Source: Leptospira sp.
Lineage (GTDB): Bacteria > Spirochaetota > Leptospiria > Leptospirales > Leptospiraceae
NCBI GenBank assembly: GCA_034439575.1
Contig: JAWXAQ010000029.1
Coordinates: 1 to 64,000 of the forward strand
DNA length: 64,000 nt
Direction of reading: 5' to 3'
Position 1 is the stretch's first letter, and every line of letters starts with the position of its first letter. The notes under the pieces were generated by a model. It was given only the letters and a program-made list of their open reading frames with translations. It was not told the origin of the DNA and did no database searches. This document shows positions 62,791 to 64,000 of the stretch, piece after piece. The position numbers and the translations under genes are program-made.

Positions 62791-63608
62791 TGAAGATCCA
62801 TCTTACCCAAACACAGATTAAAAGTGTATTCTATTTTTTACTGATCTTTTTTAGCATAATATCTGTTAATATTTTAAGTCCAGACCTTTTTGCACAAACA
62901 AATACAGGAAGAGGAACAAAGATCCCAATTCCAAACCTTTCATTCAATGTGAATGAAGCAAAAGGTCCAAAGGAAACTAGTCTTTCCTTGATGATACTGT
63001 TTCTAGTCACTATATTATCTTTAGCACCCGCTATAGTTATGAGTGTGACTTCATTTACAAAAGTTGTAATCGTATTTGATTTTGTTCGCCGTGCATTGTC
63101 ACTCCAAAACTTACCACCTAATCAGGTTATGATGGGACTTGCTCTATTTGTTACATTTTTTATAATGGCCCCGACTATCGGAAAAATCAACGATTTGGCT
63201 TTGCAACCATATTTAAATGGTAAAATTGATCAATCAGAGTTTATCGATGGAAGTTTAAAACCACTTAGAGAATTTATGGTCCGCCAATTGGGCAAAGATG
63301 GAGCGAAAGATGTAGCTTTATTTTTAAGAATAGGAAAAGTTCAAAATGTAAAATCTTTTGATGATGTTCCTTCCTATGTACTTGTACCTGCTTTCATGTT
63401 ATCTGAAATTAAAAAAGCATTTATCATCGGTATTTACATCTTCATTCCTTTTATCGTTATAGATTTGATTGTCGCATCAGCCTTGTTAGCTATGGGCTTT
63501 ATGATGTTGCCTCCCGTTATGATTTCTCTTCCTTTGAAGTTAATATTATTTATACTAATCGATGGATGGAATTTGCTCGTACTTGAATTAGTAAGGAGTT
63601 ATAAATGA
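62790..63608 (+). CDS. fliP: Flagellar export gate protein FliP
   Basis: [46 protein letters not shown]. Confidence 0.97.
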   Translation: MKIHLTQTQIKSVFYFLLIFFSIISVNILSPDLFAQTNTGRGTKIPIPNLSFNVNEAKGPKETSLSLMILFLVTILSLAPAIVMSVTSFTKVVIVFDFVRRALSLQNLPPNQVMMGLALFVTFFIMAPTIGKINDLALQPYLNGKIDQSEFIDGSLKPLREFMVRQLGKDGAKDVALFLRIGKVQNVKSFDDVPSYVLVPAFMLSEIKKAFIIGIYIFIPFIVIDLIVASALLAMGFMMLPPVMISLPLKLILFILIDGWNLLVLELVRSYK

Positions 63609-63868
63609 CAGAAGTAGATGTTGTAAATCTGATTCGTGAAGCTTTTATCGTTACCTTAAAAATATCGAGTCCCATACTCATTACTGCATTGGTTGTCGGT
63701 CTTATCGTTGGTATCTTACAAACGACAACGTCTATCCAGGAACCGACAATTGCTTTTGTTCCTAAATTGGTTTCTATCTTTGCTGTCATTGTTTTCTTTT
63801 CAGCATGGATGGTTAGAGTTATGACTGATTATACTAGAGAAATTTTTTTTATGATAGAAAAGATATGA
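63605..63868 (+). CDS. fliQ: Flagellar export protein FliQ
   Basis: [17 protein letters not shown]. Confidence 0.96.
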   Translation: MTEVDVVNLIREAFIVTLKISSPILITALVVGLIVGILQTTTSIQEPTIAFVPKLVSIFAVIVFFSAWMVRVMTDYTREIFFMIEKI

Positions 63869-63869
63869 T

Positions 63870-64000
63870 ATGGAAGTATTTCTTGAACACTTTCAATCTT
63901 TCCTTTTCGTCTTAGCTAGGTTACTCGGACTATTTTTAGTCGCACCTTTTTTCTCTTCCGATTCTATATCCTTTACCATAAAGATGATTTTTTCTTTTAT
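63870..64000 (+). CDS. fliR: Flagellar export protein FliR, N-terminal part (runs off the window)
   Basis: ATG 63870 gives [32 protein letters not shown], directly after fliQ. Confidence 0.88.
   Translation, partial: MEVFLEHFQSFLFVLARLLGLFLVAPFFSSDSISFTIKMIFSF

Noticed and set aside
1-64000. CRISPR arrays, rRNA/tRNA genes, IS elements, prophage or defence systems
   Set aside because: No regularly spaced repeats, tRNA-like folds, or transposase, integrase or phage motifs were recognised by eye. tRNAscan/Infernal and HMM runs would be needed to exclude them formally.

Overview
Gene-dense, AT-rich bacterial chromosome segment. Gene order and protein style (spirochaete-type lipoproteins, FliY, class III cyclases) point to a Leptospira, probably a saprophytic lineage; this assignment is inference. 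The core backbone runs trpBA, dxs, aroA-cmk-rpsA-hisG-rpmF-plsX-fabG, acpP-rnc-aroB, lolC/E-lolD-mcsB-like-clpC-mtaB, metZ, lpxD, psd and fliY-fliO-fliP-fliQ-fliR. Accessory-looking parts are: (i) an M16 peptidase/TPR/membrane operon at the left edge; (ii) a ~6.2 kb insert between fabG and acpP (7TM-DISM AraC sensor, Asp-box lipoprotein, dusC, MaoC hydratase, and a rhodanese lipoprotein pseudogene with two compensating frameshifts, probably internal deletions); (iii) a G4-amylase-like GH13 next to a MacAB-like ABC system with a hairpin-less adaptor; (iv) a tightly coupled five-gene operon: exported rhodanese, pentaheme cytochrome c, GT2, GT-C-type membrane transferase and DUF2064/TIGR04282 protein. 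Operon (iv) is the best candidate for an undescribed system. Other notable architectures are an amino-acid symporter-phosphatidylserine decarboxylase fusion, a McsA-McsB mini-fusion before clpC, and several signalling proteins with degenerate catalytic or ligand motifs. No rRNA, tRNA, CRISPR array, transposase or integrase was seen. All family assignments come from motif recognition, not database searches.
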